From contig JAAOMT010000571.1 of assembly GCA_016748015.1 (NCBI GenBank), forward strand, positions 1,057,095-1,121,094: a stretch of 64,000 bases of DNA. The letters are read 5' to 3'. The translations under genes were made by a program, and so were the position numbers. This DNA is from Geosiphon pyriformis uo1 (lineage: Eukaryota; Fungi; Glomeromycota). Positions within the stretch are counted from its first letter, which is position 1. The number at the start of each line of letters is the position of its first letter. Below are positions 26,201 to 41,400 of the stretch, one piece after another. The notes under the pieces are model-generated. The model did no database searches. It saw only the letters and a program-made list of their open reading frames with translations, and was not told the DNA's origin.

Positions 26201-29200
26201 GTACATCATAATTGTTAACAATAAGTGGCTTAAAAAAGCCAAAATACTACTTGATTATGAACTTTGTGAGCTAACTATCAGATATAGTAAGAAGCCTATT
26301 ATGGTTAAGTGCTGTTATTAGACAACCCCTCCAATATTCAAGCAGAATTAAAAAAATGAGTAATCAGATAAATTAGATAATGATAAAAGTGATGAAAAAA
26401 AAGATTAAAAAGAACAAGAAAAAACTGCTAAACTTGTCTATACTATCTTTATCAGCAATAGCAAGCCACTAGACAATATCAAAACTGACAGAGAAAGAAT
26501 TATTGTAAATAACAAGCTAATCTGCTGGCCTTATTATGATATTCTCAGAAAAATCTTTGATAGAAAGCCTAACAAGAAAGCAAAATACAGTTATTGGTGG
26601 CATGGCTTTTGTGTACAGTGCTGGTGTAATAAACTTTTGTATTCTCCTAGTAATAAATGCAAATTCTGTCTAATCTACTACAAATATTGGAAACTCATTA
26701 GTCTAATACCAAAAGAAAAACTAAAAAAAATACAAAAGTCTTTTAAAAATAAACTATCTAAGATCTAATCACTTATAATAAAACAAAAAAAACTCTCTTT
26801 TAAAGAAAAAAAGTAGATATTAAAAATCTGTTGGCTAAGAATAGCCCAATTATCTTAAAAGAAAGTAATACCTCTAAATGAACTTATGTAATACAACACA
26901 TTATTATCATCAGAGAAACTTGCCTCATCTATTTAAAGCCTTATCAATCCAATCAGCACAATAATGAGTTCATCAAAAAAGAGATAACCCAAATGAAAAA
27001 TCTTGGATTTATACAAGAAACCAAGAGTAAATGGGCTTTTCCAATTGTAGTGGTATCCAAAAAAGATAGAACCCTATGCTTCTGCATTGACTATTGCCAA
27101 TTAAATGCCATTATTATAAGAGACATATACTTATTTTCCAAAATTAATGCAATGTTAAACAAATTTAATGGTGCTGTTTTTTTCTCAACTATTGACTTAA
27201 CTGCTAAATTCTGGCAAGTAGAGATGAATTCAGAAAGTAAAAAAAAAACTGTTTTTATTACCAAGTATGACATCTACAAATTTACAGTAATGCCTTTTGG
27301 TCTTATTAATGCTCCTCCCATCTTTCAATGTCTAATAAACAAAGTGTTTAAATCAGTAAAAAAAACTTTGTTTTGGTCTATTTGGACAACATAATAGTAT
27401 ACTCAAAAATCTGAGATAAATACTTTGAACATTTGCAAAAGATTTTTGATCTTTTTAGAAATGCTGGTCTTAAGATAAATCTAATCAAATCTTTTTTTGG
27501 ATAACAATCTACCTAGTTCCTTGGTTATTTTATTACAAAAGATAGAATTTTCTCTGACTCAGCTAAAATTGAAAAAGTTCAGAACATTAGACAACCAATA
27601 AATGTTCTTAAACTACACTTTTTCTTTGGTTTGGCTTCTTACTATTGCAAATTTATTAAAAATTTCTCCAAAATCGTCTTTTCTCTTAATCAACTACTCA
27701 GAAAAAATGTCAATTATTACTGAAGCATTCATTAACAAAAGACTTTTGAAACTCTAAAGAAAAAACTTGTTATTGAACCAATCTTTAAACAACCTAACCT
27801 AGACCAATTTTTTATTTTGGACACTAATGTATCTGGCTATTAACTTGGTATTGTTCTCTCACAAAAAGATAAAAATAGCAGAAAACATGCTATAGCATAT
27901 GCCAATAGAACTCTCACACTAGCAAAAAAAAACTATTTAGTTACTGAACAAGAATGCTTAGCAGTAGTTTGGGCTACTAGTTATTGGGACCAATATCTTC
28001 TTGATATGAAATTTCTAGTAATAACTAATCATCAAGCCTTGGTTTGGCTGCATAATAAAAAGAAGCTGAAACATAAATAAATAACTTGCTAAATACTCCA
28101 TTTAGATGAATTTGACTATAACATTTAACATCACAAAGAAACAAATTATTAAAATGCTAACACACTCTCTAAACTTACTATTCAATAATAGTACAATCTC
28201 TTAACCAAACCAACTTAATTATTAATAATACCCTTATAAACAAGCACAATAATAGACTTGAACAACTACTCTGCCTTAATGAAATTTTTGGGTAAAAGAC
28301 AATACCCATCAGAATATACTTGACAGCAAAGAAAACATTTGTGCAAACAATTAAATTTCTATATAATTTGCCAGAACCAATTATATAAAAGAAATAGAAA
28401 AGATTCTGACCACTCTTAAAGAATTATTAGATTTAAAGAAAAAAAAATTGTAATCTACAACATGTATATTGATCCATTAACTGGACACTTTGGAAAAACA
28501 AAAACAATTCAAAAAACTTTAACTCACTATTATTGGCCTATCTTAAGAAAAAACATTGCTGAGTATATAAAAACCTGTAACACTTGCCAAAAAAAAAACA
28601 AATCCAACCAAAAAAAAGATATTCATTCAATCTCTATTGGCCAACCATTTGACAGAATTGGTATAAATGTTGTTGGACTCTTAATAATAACTCTTAATAG
28701 CAATAGATATATTATCACAGCTACTGACTATTTTATAAAGTGAATAGAAGCAAGAGCTATTCCAGACCAAACAGCAGTCTCATTAGCCAACTTCATATAT
28801 AAAGATATCATCTGTTATTATGGCTGCTCCAAAGAACTTTTATCTGATAGAAGAAGAGCTTTTCTCAGTATACTGGTTAAAAAACTTTGCAAAAAAATGG
28901 GAATATGTTATAAATTTTCTTTTTCTTACCACCTTCAAACAAATAGTCTAGTAAAATGTTTCAATAGAACATTATGTAAAATCTTAACCAAAATCAATAA
29001 AGAAACAAACTTATGAAACAAAGTATTGTCTTTAGCTTTGTTTGCTTATAAAATTATAACATAACAAGTTATGAACCTTTTTATCTGCTCTATGAACACA
29101 TGGCAACACTATCAATAGAAATTAACATTAAAATAATACTTTTTAAAGAAATTACAATAGGGAATTATAAAGACATTTTGCAAAAAAGACTTGGTATTAT

Positions 29201-29877
29201 TCTTGACTTATTGGTAGAAGCATAAATAATTGCCTTTGAAAAGATAAAACAGTTTCAAGAAAAGTTTAAGAAAAAAAAAACTTATAAAAAACTTTTTTTA
29301 AATATTGGTAATTTGGTATTGGAATACTATTTAGACAGAGACAATGTCTATAATAATAAATTCTTTAACCAATAGAAAAAATCCTTTTTAGTCAACAAAG
29401 TTTTGAACAATAGTTCTTATATTCTTCAAAATCAATTCAAAACAATCTTTAATGATTATTCTGTTTATGATACATGACTCAAAAAATATTATAAACGACT
29501 TAATTGGTTGCTTATTGTGGTAATACTGACTCAAATGATTAGCAAAAATCAAGTATAAATAAATGCACTATTCTCAAAACAGAAGTATCTTTAATTAACA
29601 TAAATAATTATTTTCTGAATCAAAACATTCAAAACACTTTTTATACTCTCCATGAGTATTGAATCAAAAACTATTCAAATATTACTCTGACCATTGGAAA
29701 ACAAACCATTATAATTGATAACAGTAAAACATATACTATTATTAAATCTAAAAAAACCATTACCAAAAGAGAAAGAATTGGTAGCAAAATAGATAAATAT
29801 TTGTTAGAAAGTATAACAACAGCTATACTTTCATCTTTTAGTACAATTAAGAAAACACTTTAAGAAATCTTGCCCAT
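23281..29877 (+). mobile_element. Ty3/Gypsy element A (5' LTR to about 23953, PBS, gag, PR, RT, RNase H, separate IN, start of a 3' ORF); 3' part displaced by element B
   Basis: PBS at 23960, knuckle CYCCKLTRHFFKDC (about 25305), PR LILDSG, RT FCIDY/MPFGLINAP/YLDN, IN HFGKTKT..YYWP..CNTCQ. No dUTPase seen. LTR start is approximate. Confidence 0.85.
23960..23976 (+). promoter_or_regulatory. Primer-binding site of element A
   Basis: TGGTGCTCCCTGTAAGA just after the LTR end TGTAATA; same consensus as the minus-strand PBSs at about 49978-49994, 61443-61459 and 63036-63052. Confidence 0.8.
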
Positions 29878-30844
29878 TGTTACCAGAGGTTTTTGGTCTT
29901 TTTTCTTGAATATTGTTAATATTGATTTGCTGTGAATTCACATTTTCAGGAAGTAGTTGGACCTTCAGCAACTGAATTTATCTTTAAATTATCTCCTATA
30001 ATTTGAACTGCTGGGCTTATAAGTGGAATAACCAATTCTGTGCCAGTTATTTTGTGTAGTTACATTGTAGTAAACATCAACTCTTTCTCAGAAATTGCTC
30101 ATCTGAAAGCTTACTAAAAATGTGTAGTTACTTTGCTGTGAAAGTCAACTCTTCTACAGAAATCTTGTCTGTAGGCTATTCCAATAATTATGATAAAAAA
30201 AGTGAAAAAAAATAAAAGAAATATAAAAGAAATAGAATTGTGTTAAGAAAAACGTTTTCTATTCAGGCCTGGAGTCACTAACAGATTATTGAAATTGGTA
30301 GCTAATCAATTTTAAAACGTTAGTTGTGTTAAGGGAATTTCAAATGCAATAATCAAAGGATTTGGTTTTTGAATATTTAATTTTTTATTTGAATGTGTAA
30401 AAGATGATTTGTTCTAATTAAGATATCTAAAGTGAGATACTATGTTAAGATACTATAAGAAGATACATTTTCTTGAAGAGAGAAGCTCTTTTTTTATACA
30501 ACTTGTTGTAGTACTAGTCTTTGAACTTTTTTTTTTTCTACAATTTGGATAAACTAAAGATATATTTTGGCAAACTACAAGTTATTTCACTGAACTATTG
30601 ATTATTTCGGCCAATTTCTATTAATTTCGACGAATCTTGACTATGTTAAATGGTTCAGAGTATTGTGTAATTTAATCATCTTAATTTCTATGATACAAAT
30701 CGGATTATTGATTGAGTAATGATATTTAATAATTTGTTTAAATAATAAGTGATAATTAAAATAAATAATAATGTATGCTAATTAATAATAGGAATTATGA
30801 AGGTAATTTCATGTTAATTAATAGCTAAAATTCTGCTGATAACA
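29878..30844 (-). repeat. 3' LTR of element B (a different LTR family from C-F)
   Basis: TGTTACC...GATAACA termini, immediately adjacent to a PPT-like tract. Confidence 0.7.
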
Positions 30845-31665
30845 TAATCTCCTTCTTAAGACTGAGCTTTATTGAAGTCCAAGTACTATCTGTAATGTTA
30901 AGATAGTAATCCAAGATAATTGAAGTGATCTGGTCTGAAAATTGTTGAAATTTCAGTTCTGTGAGTTTTCCAATGTATTGAATCTTCATTGGATGGAGTA
31001 TTGGATTTTGTAGGACGTTTTCACAAGTGTTGAATAAATTATAGAGTCTAAATGCTGTTCTAAGTTTGTAGCAAGTGTTTGTTAATCTAACTGCTGTCTT
31101 GAATTCATTGTGAATTTGTTTTTGTATAGCCTCAGGAATAATGTTGGTTGCTTCAAGTTCCAGTTTTTGTTCATAAAGTGTTTTTTCAATATGAAAATAT
31201 CTATATATAAGAGTATGTTCATTGTTTTGTTTATTAAGAAATAATAGAAGTTTTTGTTGAATTGTGGTATTTGGTAGAATGTCAATAAGGGCAATTAAAA
31301 AATTTTCTTTCAATGCTTGCTTCAAAAGTTCTGGTAACCTATTTTCAGAGTAACTTCTTGTTTTTTTTCTATAAGAGTAATAGTTCTGAAAATTATTTAC
31401 TACTGGGGCTGTGGTTTCTTTCTAAATATAATTAATTTAACTTCCATTAATTGTTATGGATAAGTCAAGAAGTATTTTCAAAGCTAACATTAATTTTTGG
31501 AATATTTGTTGAATATTTTGGGAAATAATTATAATAAACCTGACTATTTAATAAAGAGAAAAAAAAGAATAAAGAAAATTATTTTTGGGTATAGGGTTTT
31601 TATTTGTTTTTGGGTTTGGGTGTTTTCTTTTTGTAATTATTTACTATTTTTGTTTTTGTGTATCA
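30825..31665 (-). pseudogene. Element B ORF3 (unknown function, between IN and the 3' LTR)
   Basis: 166-aa open part 30825-31325 runs through the PPT into the LTR. Its C-terminal motif resembles ORF3 of C/E. Start is approximate. Confidence 0.6.
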
Positions 31666-34600
31666 TTAAAAGAATTATTGTAAAATTATATTGAATTGAG
31701 TGTTCAAGTTTGGTTGTTGTTCTATTATAATTATTGGTTTTAAATTTCAGAGAATATCTTCAGGATTAATTAAAGGGGAATGTATACCAATTTGTGGAAT
31801 TAATGGTTCAGGATTGTTTCTGAAGTGATAGTGTTTCAATTGATCTTTATGTACAACTTTTGCTAGTACTTTGTCATCAAGTCTTAACTTATATGATCCA
31901 TTGCCTAAAATTTCGTAGATATAAAATGGTCCATCTCATTTATGTTCAAATTTTCCATTCCATTGTTTTTTAGTCTTAGTTTTGTATAAGAGAACTTTAT
32001 TTCCAACCTTAAATTCATTGGTAACTGGTGGCAGTTTGATGTCATGTCTTTCTTTTTGTAGGGCTTGGGAATGTTTAATGTAAGTAGCTGCTATGTGTTT
32101 TTTTTCTTCCAATGTACTAAGGAAAGTATAGGCTCTTTTTTGGAGTGTTTCTTGGAAGTTTTTTTTATTGATTGGTTGTACTGAATATGTTTCCAATGTG
32201 AAATTAATTGGTAATGTTGCTGTCTTTCCATAAGTAAAATTAAATAATATGTGTTTTGTAGTATCTTGTTTTAGTGTTCTGTGTGCTAATAATACTAATA
32301 AAATAAAAATATCCCATTTTTGCTTAAAATTTGTTAAGACTTTGGCTAAAAATTCACACAATGTTCTGTTGAAATGTTCTATAAGTCTATTTGTTTAAGG
32401 GTGATAAGGTAATAATAGAGGTCTTTTGATCTTAAATTGTTCACAAATTTTTTGTATCAAGTTGTTCACAAAATGTGTTCCTTGATCAGATAAAAGTTCA
32501 ATTGGGTATCCATGTCTACAAATAATGTCTTCATAAATAAAATTTGCTACTGATTTTTTATTTGCTTTCTGGATGGCTCTAATTTCAGGCCATTTGGTAA
32601 AATAATCTACTGCAACTGCAATATAACAATTTCTTTGGGTTGTGATAGGTAATAATCCGACTAAATTAATTTCAACTCTGTCAAAAAGTTGTTCAACTTT
32701 GATTGAATTTAAAAGTTTTGTGGAGTGAGTTTCTTCTTTTTTTTAATAACTATCACAAGATTTCTACATATTATTAAATGTTTTTTTGCATGTGAGGCCA
32801 AAAGTAATGTTCAAAAGTTCTTTGAATTGTTCCATCTTTTCCCAAGTATGCTGAAGAAAGATCTGGGTACATGTTGTATAGAATTGTTTCTTTTTTATTT
32901 TCCTGTACTAATTTGAGTAGTTGGTTTGGATTTCTGCAATTTTTGTAATAAATTTTGTTGTGGTGTATGAAATATTGTTTGAATTGGTGTTGTAATTAAT
33001 GTTTTTCATTTGGAGACCAATTTTCTGGTATGGTAAGAGTCTCCAAATAGTTTTTAAGATTGTTGTAATTTTTGGGATCTATTGTTGTTTTGTTGTTTTG
33101 TTGGTAATGATAAGTTGTAGTGAAATTGTTAGTGGTATTAATTTTGTCTCATTTTTGAGAGGCTATTAACATTGGTGTGTAGTTTTTCTGGTTTGTAATG
33201 TATAATATATTTGTAGTCTGCTAGGAAATTATTTCATCGAGACTGTTTGGCACTTTGTTCAGTTTTTTTTTATTGAGCCATTTGAGACCAATATTGTCAG
33301 TTATAATATCAAATTCTTTTCTATTTTTCAGGTATTGTTGAAAATGTTTAATAACCCAAATTACTGCAGCAGCTTCTAATTCAGTTGAGCCATATTTGAG
33401 TCCTGTTGGCTTAAGTGTTCTACTAACATAGGCAATGACTTGTTCTTGGCCATTTTTATTTAATTATAATAAGATGGCACTAAATGCTATATGTAAAGCA
33501 TTAGTGGCTAGTTGAAATCATTTATTAAAATCTGAATAAGCAAAAACTGGAGCTGTTGTTAATTTTGTCTTAAGGATTTCAAAAGCTTTTTGTTGTTTTT
33601 CAGTTCATTGGTATAACACATTTTTGTTGGTAAGATAATTGAGTGGTTTGGCAATTTTTGAGAATCTTTTTATGAATTTCTGATAGTAGGAGGCTAATTC
33701 TACAAATCCTTATAGTTCTATGGTATTTTTGGGAGTTTGAAAGTTTTTAACAGCACTGATTGTTCCAGGGTTTGGTTTGATTCCATCTTTGCTAACAATG
33801 TGTCCAAGAAAAATTAAACTTGTTTTTCCAAAGTAACATTTCTCAATGTTTAACTTTAATCCTGCTTTCTATAATCATTGAAAAACTTCTTGCAGGTGAA
33901 TAAGATAAGCTTCAAAGCTTGATAAGTACACATTAGTATCATCTAGATAAACAACTACTGATTGCCACAAAAGTCCTTCATATACAACATCCATGAGTTA
34001 TTGAAATGTTGCTGGTGCATTGCAGAGTCCAAAAAGCATAACATTGAATTCATAGTTTTCTCCTTGAGTGGTAAATGCTGTTTTGGGTCGATCTTTTGGG
34101 TCCATTTTGACTTGTCAGTATCTACTTTCCAAGTCTAAAGTTGAAAAGAACTTGGCTTTTCCTAATGCATCTAACATGTCATCAATTCTTGAAAAAGGGT
34201 AGGTATCTTCAATTGTGACACTATTCAATTGTCAATAGTCAACACAAAATCTGATTTTTCCATTTTTTTTTGACAAAAACTACTGGTAAGGCTCATGGAC
34301 TTCTTGATAATTGAATCAATCCGTTATTAAGCATTCTTTGGACCTTTTCTCTAATGAATTGGTGGCTGACAGGTGGTACTTGATAGGCTTGTTGTCATTT
34401 TGGTGGAGCATCTCCTGTGTGAATCTAATATTAAACAATATCTGTTTTTCCAAGGTCATTGTTGTCTTTTGCAAATATATCTGCAAATTCAGCTATTAGC
34501 TGTTTCAATTGTTTTTGTTGTTGAGGTTCCAAAGGACTCATGTTAATTCAAGAGAGTTTTTCTTCCAAAAAGTAGTAGTTTTCAGTAGTAAGAATGATAT

Positions 34601-34910
34601 TTGGACTTGGAAGTAATATATATTTTATAATTTCGATGAAATTAGAGACAATTTGAGGGTTTTCATCTTGGAAAATATTGCTGTGTATGATTCCAATCTC
34701 TAATTTATTCAATAAGACAATAGGGTAATTATTGGGGTTGTAGAATGTAACTCGAAATTTTTTCATTCCTTTGGGAATATAAACGTTTGAAATTAAGATT
34801 TCATGCTTTAAACAGATTTGTTCATTGAATTCAAAGATTTGTTGGGTAGTAGTGAGATTTGAGCAAGTGTAAATTTCATGATGTTTACCAAAAGGTGAAA
34901 TAGTAATTGG

Positions 34911-35400
34911 TTAAAGAAGTTGAAGAATCTGGTAAGATTCATTCTGTGCATTAAAAGCTATATTTGCTGGCACTGTAAATTGTTCAGTTGAACCAAAACC
35001 TTGCATTCCTCTTTCACTTTTTCCCAATTGTTCTCTGTTGTTAACTGATTGTAAACCCAAACTGTTGATTAAGGGTAGGTAAATTGCTTGAGCAATTTTT
35101 TCAGCATGTTCAATTTTGAATGATTTGTCTGTTTTATTCTGCAACATAATGGTAATGTCTCCAATATATCCTGCATCTATAACTCCTCCTCTAATATTGA
35201 TTCTTTTGTTTGCCAATGAAGATCTGAATGCAATTTGAACCATTGTTCCAGGTGGAATTTCAAAAGTGATTTTAAGATTGATTTTTGTCAAAGACTTTGG
35301 TTAAAGAATCAAAGTGTCTTTGCCAGGATATCTGAAGTTATATCTTGCATCAATTTCGTGGGCTTTTTTTGGTTTTATTCCTTGCTTATTGTTGTTAAAA
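34911..35400 (-). pseudogene. Trimeric dUTPase domain of element B
   Basis: All five motifs are recognisable: DARYNF (DAGYDL), RSSLA, GGVIDAGYIG, EKIAQAI, ERGMQGFGST. Confidence 0.9.
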
Positions 35401-38400
35401 TATTTGAATTGTATAGCAGGCTGGTTTTCAGTAAAATAGATTGGTGTTGTTGTAATTTTATTTTTTGTTTTAGATTTCCCAAATTTGATTTCTTCCTGGT
35501 CATTTTCACTGGACAAAAAAATGCTAAAAGCATAGTATTCTGGACACCATTTGTTATTACAAAACATAATACATTCTTCATACAATTAAATGTTTATTCA
35601 CTCTAATTGTTAAATTTGAGCTTCTTGGGTTGAATAAATGTGGCTTGCAATTTGGTGGTATGTTTCCACTTTATCTTCATAGTTGAATCCAGCTAATTTT
35701 ATTGTATATTCAATGTATTTAGCTTCTTTTATTTGGTGGACATCTTCTTGAGTGGCTTCATTGATTAATGTCATTGCTAAATCAAAAATTATTTCAGCAT
35801 CATGAGAAGAGTAGTAGAGTTTGTTGAAAGCACTATTGTATGCTGTATCAAATAATGTTCTTCTTCTGACTTTTTCCGAAATTGATAGGACATATTGACA
35901 GATTTGATCACATATTCCTCTTTTTATTGCAACATCAATCCAGTTGTATTCTTTTGATAGCATATCTCTACATGTGAGGCAAGATGTGTTGTCCCATTTT
36001 CCATTTCTTTTTGGAGATTCAAATTATTTTCTATGGCATTATTACAGGTAATTATTTGGAGTTTCAAATTAAATAACAAATCTGTAACTTGGTGCTTGGT
36101 TGATATGTTGGTGATGATCTGAAGGTATTGTTATCTGAAGGTTTTGGTTAAGTCCTTTGTATAATGAATAAAAATTCAATTGTTGTTTTCAGTAGCCTCC
36201 CGGAATCACAATTCTATCAAATTTTTTCTCAGCATGGTGGTCAGCAATTCTCTTGGTAAGTTATCCTCAAATTTATGAGTGTTCTACCCTTGTTTTACAG
36301 ATTTTTTACCAGTCCTTATGATATCTGTATCTTAGTGCTTAATCTTTTTAATCAATTAGTAAATAACAAAGAAAAAAGAAATAAAATAGAAAAAATAAGA
36401 AAGAAGAAATAAGAAATAAGCCAAGACAATAATGGTTAGTATTCTATTAATAGTCATGATCAAGAGTTATTGTTCCAGTAGGATTAAGTATCAATTACTA
36501 TCAACATAAAGTGCTGATAGAAGAGTGAATTGGAGATAGAGAATAATTATTTATTAATATTTGTGAGTTTAAAAGGTTACTTGAATTAAATCTAAACTGA
36601 AAGATCTGTTTTTTCTACTTCTAACTCTACTACTATATATACATAATTAAGATTCCTTAATTTCTCAATTCTTCACACCAAAAATCCTGGAATTCTTGGA
36701 ATCCTGCAATTCTTTTAAGAAGAATTCTGGAATTCTGGAATCCTGTAATTTCTTGTATGAGAATTCTGAAATTTCTAGAATCCTGCAATTCTTCTGAGAG
36801 GAATCCTGGAATTCCACATTTTACTATGATTACTTCTGATTGGTTAGTTTATGCTAATATATCTTTTTTATATTCTATGAGTAATATTATTCTCTCCTTT
36901 TAATATTGAGCTCTGTTGAGATCTCCTAATTCTAATTCTCCATTTTTGAGTATTTCTTGAACTTTTTTTTCAAGAATTACTTATGTTATCTTGTTTTGTA
37001 AGTTTTCAAATTGGGCATTGGTTATTTTTTTCATTTGGTTAATGGTAATGAAGTTCATTTCTGAGTTGAGTAAGATTTCTGGTTGATCTTGAAATCCAGT
37101 ATGTAGCCGATAAATGGCTCTTGCTTGTGTAATCAAATTGTTTTTCCTCATAAATTGTTCCAGTTGTTGCAATATTGTTGTGTTAAATAATCATTTTGTT
37201 TTATCTGTATATAAGCTCTGAATATTTAAGTGTTGTCTCAAATAAAAGTAACAAAAGTTTCTTGAAAATTGTTGTATCCACCAATTCCAAGTCTCTATAG
37301 TCAACTCTTGATATTGGGTTACTTTTAGTTGTATTTCTATTGCCAGTTTCACTTTTTTGATTATTTTGTTAATGGTGTTTTCTGTTTTCCTCTGTGTTTT
37401 ATCTTATGTTTTTTTTCTGGTGTTTGTGTATCTGATAGTTTGCTGGTTAATTGTAATTTCCATCTCTTGTTGTTGTATTAATTGAAAGAGTTGTTGTGCT
37501 AGTAAGTGAATACTGTTAGTAATCTCCATTTTTCTGCTGTCTTTTGTCGCATATACCATGTTTTATATACTCTTTTGGTTGTTTAATTTTATGTGTTTAG
37601 TTCAATAATTATGATTGGTTCTAGATCTTGTGGAATCTCATCTGGTTTGACTAGTATTTTTTGTATTTCTAATTATGAAATATTACTGATAGATGATAAT
37701 ACTCTATAGTAATATTGTTTCAGTCGATCACCATATGCTGTTTTGATTAAGATTCTGTTGTTCAATCTTAATTTATAAGCTCTATTTCCAAGAATTTTTT
37801 TTATGTGAAATGGTTTGTTTCATTTGGGATCAAATTTTCCATTCTATTGTTTTTCTATTTTAGTATAATGCAGAAGTATTTTGTCTCCAATTTTGAATTC
37901 AATTGGTTTCTCTGATAGTTGGCCATCATGTCTTTTTTTTTGTTTTTTTTGTGACTTTTGGATGTTGTTAACTGCTCTTCACCATGTGTTTTCTAGTGTC
38001 TTCATTAAGTCTTATGTTCTTTTTGATAGTGTTCTTTGAAAATTCTCTTCTGTTATTGGTTTTGTTGGATATGTCTTGACTTCTATCTCAACTGGTAATG
38101 TTGCTGTTCTACTATATACCAATTCAAATGGTGTTGCTTGTGTAGTGTCTTGCTTTATTGTCTGATAAGCAAATAATACTAATGCTATAATTAAGTTCCA
38201 TTTGTCCTGGTTTTCTTGGCTGATTTTGGCAATGGCTTTACACAATGTTTTGTTAAATCTTTCAACTAACTTATTTGTTTGTGGATGGTATGGTAATAAT
38301 AATGGTCTTTTTATCCCAAATCTTTGACTTAATTCTGTCAATGTTCTATTCACAAAGTGAGTTCCTTGATCTGATAATAGTTTTTTTGGACATTTATGTC

Positions 38401-41400
38401 AACAAATCAAATCTTGATGAATGAATTCGGCAATGGATTCTGTATCTGCTCTTTAAATGGCTTTTGCTTCTGGCTATTTTGTAAGATAATCTATAGCTAC
38501 TGCAATATATCTGTTGCCTTTACTGGTAATTGTTAATGGTCTGACTAAGTCAATTCTAATATGATCAAATGATTGTCCTACTTTGATTGGTTTCAATGAT
38601 TCACTGGATTTTATTCCATCTCTTCTTTGACAAGCATCACAATTTTGAACATATTGGATAATATCTGGATACATTGATGGCCAATAGTATCTTTTTTTGG
38701 TTCTTTCCATGGTCATTTCTTTGTGAAAATGTTCTGCTGTTGGGTCTGAGTGCATTTTAAATAATATTGTCTCTTTCTCTGGTTCTGTAATTACTCTGGT
38801 TGGTTGATTTGAATTTTTTTTATTCTTCTAGTAAAATATATTTTGATGGTTGATAAAATATTTTGATTGCTGTTTTATGTTGTTTTGTTTTTTTTGAAAT
38901 AATTTTTCCTTGAACAATTGGGTATTTATATAATGTTAGAGTTGTTGGTATTTTTGTATATTCATTTTTTGTTATATTTTTGGGTTTGAAATGTTATTAA
39001 ATTTGTCTCATTTGCGACAAACCATCAGCATTTCCATTGTCTTTTTTCTTTTTATAATGTACTGTAAATGTATATAGTAATAGTGCTATTTTCTATCTTG
39101 CATGATGATTGTTTCCAAATTTTTGCTTTTGAATTGAAGTTAATCCTTTGTAATCCATATGTATTTCAAACTTTTGGCTCAAGTATTTTTTCCATTTTAT
39201 GACTGCTTAATAGATTGCTAAGTATTCTAATGCTGGTGTTCCATAGTTTTTTTCAGCTAAACTTAAGCTTCTGCTGGCATATGCTACTGGATGTTTTCTT
39301 CTATTCAGTTCTCTCTGTGATAGTACTGCTCCCAATGCTTGACTTGATGCATTTGTAGTAATAATGAATAATTTACTGTGGTCTGAATAGATCAGTACTG
39401 GAGCTTGAATAAGTTTTCTTCTTAATGTGTCGAACACTTCTTGTTGAGCTTCTGTCCATTCATACTTCACATTTTTGGTTTGTAGATAATGAAGTGGCTG
39501 AGCCAGTTTAGAAAAGTCCTTGATGAAATAATAATAATAGTCTGCGAATCCTAAAAATGCTCTTAGTTCTGTCAAATTGGTTAGTACTGGAAAGTTTTTT
39601 ACTATTGCAATCTTATTTGGATCTGTTTTGATGCCATTTTTGCTCACTACATGTCCTAAAAACTTGAGTTCTGTTTTTCCAAAGAAGCATTTGTTGGCAT
39701 TGTTACAAGTAATTATTTTTGCTGTTGAATTAAATAACAAACCCGTAACTTGGTGCTCAAAAGCTACTTCTGTGGATGAGGTTCTGCAAGTGTTGTATCT
39801 AAAAGTTTTGATGGAGTTCTTTGTATAATGGACAAAGATTCAATAAGGTCGATAGTAAATGTATCTTTCCAAAAGTTTTCCCAATTTCTTTCTCAGCATG
39901 GTGGCTGGATTTAGTCTGGCAGTCATGACCTTCTGGTAAGCTATCTGATAATATATAAAATCCTACCCTTATTTCTGGGTCTTTTACCAGACTATCCTTG
40001 ATGTCAATAACTTAGTACTTAATCTTTTTAATCAATTAGTATATAACAACAAAATCACAGAAAGAAAGAAAATAAAATAAAGAAAATAAAAATAAAGAAA
40101 ATAGAGAAAATAAGCCAAGGCAATTTGTTAGTATCTCATCAATAGCCATGATCAAGAGCTATTGTTCCAGTGTGGTTAAGTATTAATTACTATCAACATG
40201 AAGCGTTGATAGTAAAGAGTGGGTTGAGATATGAAATAATTATTTATTTGATGATTGGGAACTAGAATGTTGTTTAGATTAAATCTAAACTGAGAGATCT
40301 GTCTTTTCAGCTTCTAATTCTACTGCTATATATACATAATTAAGATTTCTCAATTCCTCAATTTTTTGTGACAGAAATCCTGAGATTTCTGGAATCCTGC
40401 GATTTCTGATGAGAAGAATCTTGCAATTCTGGAATCCTGCAATTCCTCACTGGGGAATCCTGAAATTCTTGGAATCCTGCAATTCCTGGAATCCTGCAAT
40501 TCCTCTAAGAGGAATTTTGGAATTCCATATTTACTATGTTTACTTCTAATTGGCTAATATCTACTGACTAATAATACTATATTTCCTATATTCTATGAGT
40601 AACATTATCCCCTCCTTTTAATATTGAGCTCCGTCAAAATCTAATTTTTTTAATTCTCTTTCTTGAATTATTTCTTGAACTTCTTTTTCGAGTATTACTT
40701 GTGTTATTTTATTTTGTAGTTCTTCAAATTAGGCGTTGTTACAGATGATTATTTCTGCTGTTGAATCAAATAACAAACCCGTAACTTGGTGCTCAAAAGC
40801 TACTTCCATGAATGAGATTCTGCAAGTATTGTATCTGAAGGTTTTGATGGAATTCTTTGTATAATGGACAGAGATTCAATAGGGTTAAGAGTAGAAGTAT
40901 CTTTCCAAGAGTTTTTCCAATTTCTTTCTTAGCATGGTGGCCAGATTTAGTCTGGCAGTTGTGTTCTTCTAGTAAGCTATCTGATAATATATAAAATCCT
41001 ACCCTTATCTCTGGGTCTTTTACCAGGCTATTCTTGACATCAATAACTCAGTGCTTAATCTTTTAATCAATTAGTATACAACAACAAAATCAAAAAAGAA
41101 AAAAAATAAAATAAAGAAAATAAAAATAAAGAAAATAGAGAAAATAAGCCAAGGCAATTTGGTATGTTAGTATCTCTTCAATAGCCGTAATCAAGAGCTA
41201 TTGTTCCAGTGTGGTTAAGTATCAATTACTATCAACATAAAGTATTGATAGTGAAGAGTGGGTTGAGATATGGAATAATTATTTATTTGATGATTGGAAA
41301 CTGGAATGTTGCTTAGATTAAATTTAAACTGAGAGATCTGTCTTTTCAGCTTCTAATCCTACTGCTATATATACATAATTGAGATTCTTCAATTCTTTGC

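Noticed and set aside
30825-31665. ORF3 as a retroviral envelope gene
   Set aside because: No signal peptide, furin site/fusion peptide or transmembrane anchor is visible.
39207-39740. ORF with a novel N-terminus fused to RT/RNase H
   Set aside because: The first residues come from the inserted LTR end, in frame by chance at the D/E insertion site.
40345-40525. GGAATTCC/GGAATCCTGCAATT arrays as CRISPR-like repeats
   Set aside because: No constant-length unique spacers and no cas genes; the context is eukaryotic and the arrays are part of every LTR of the family.
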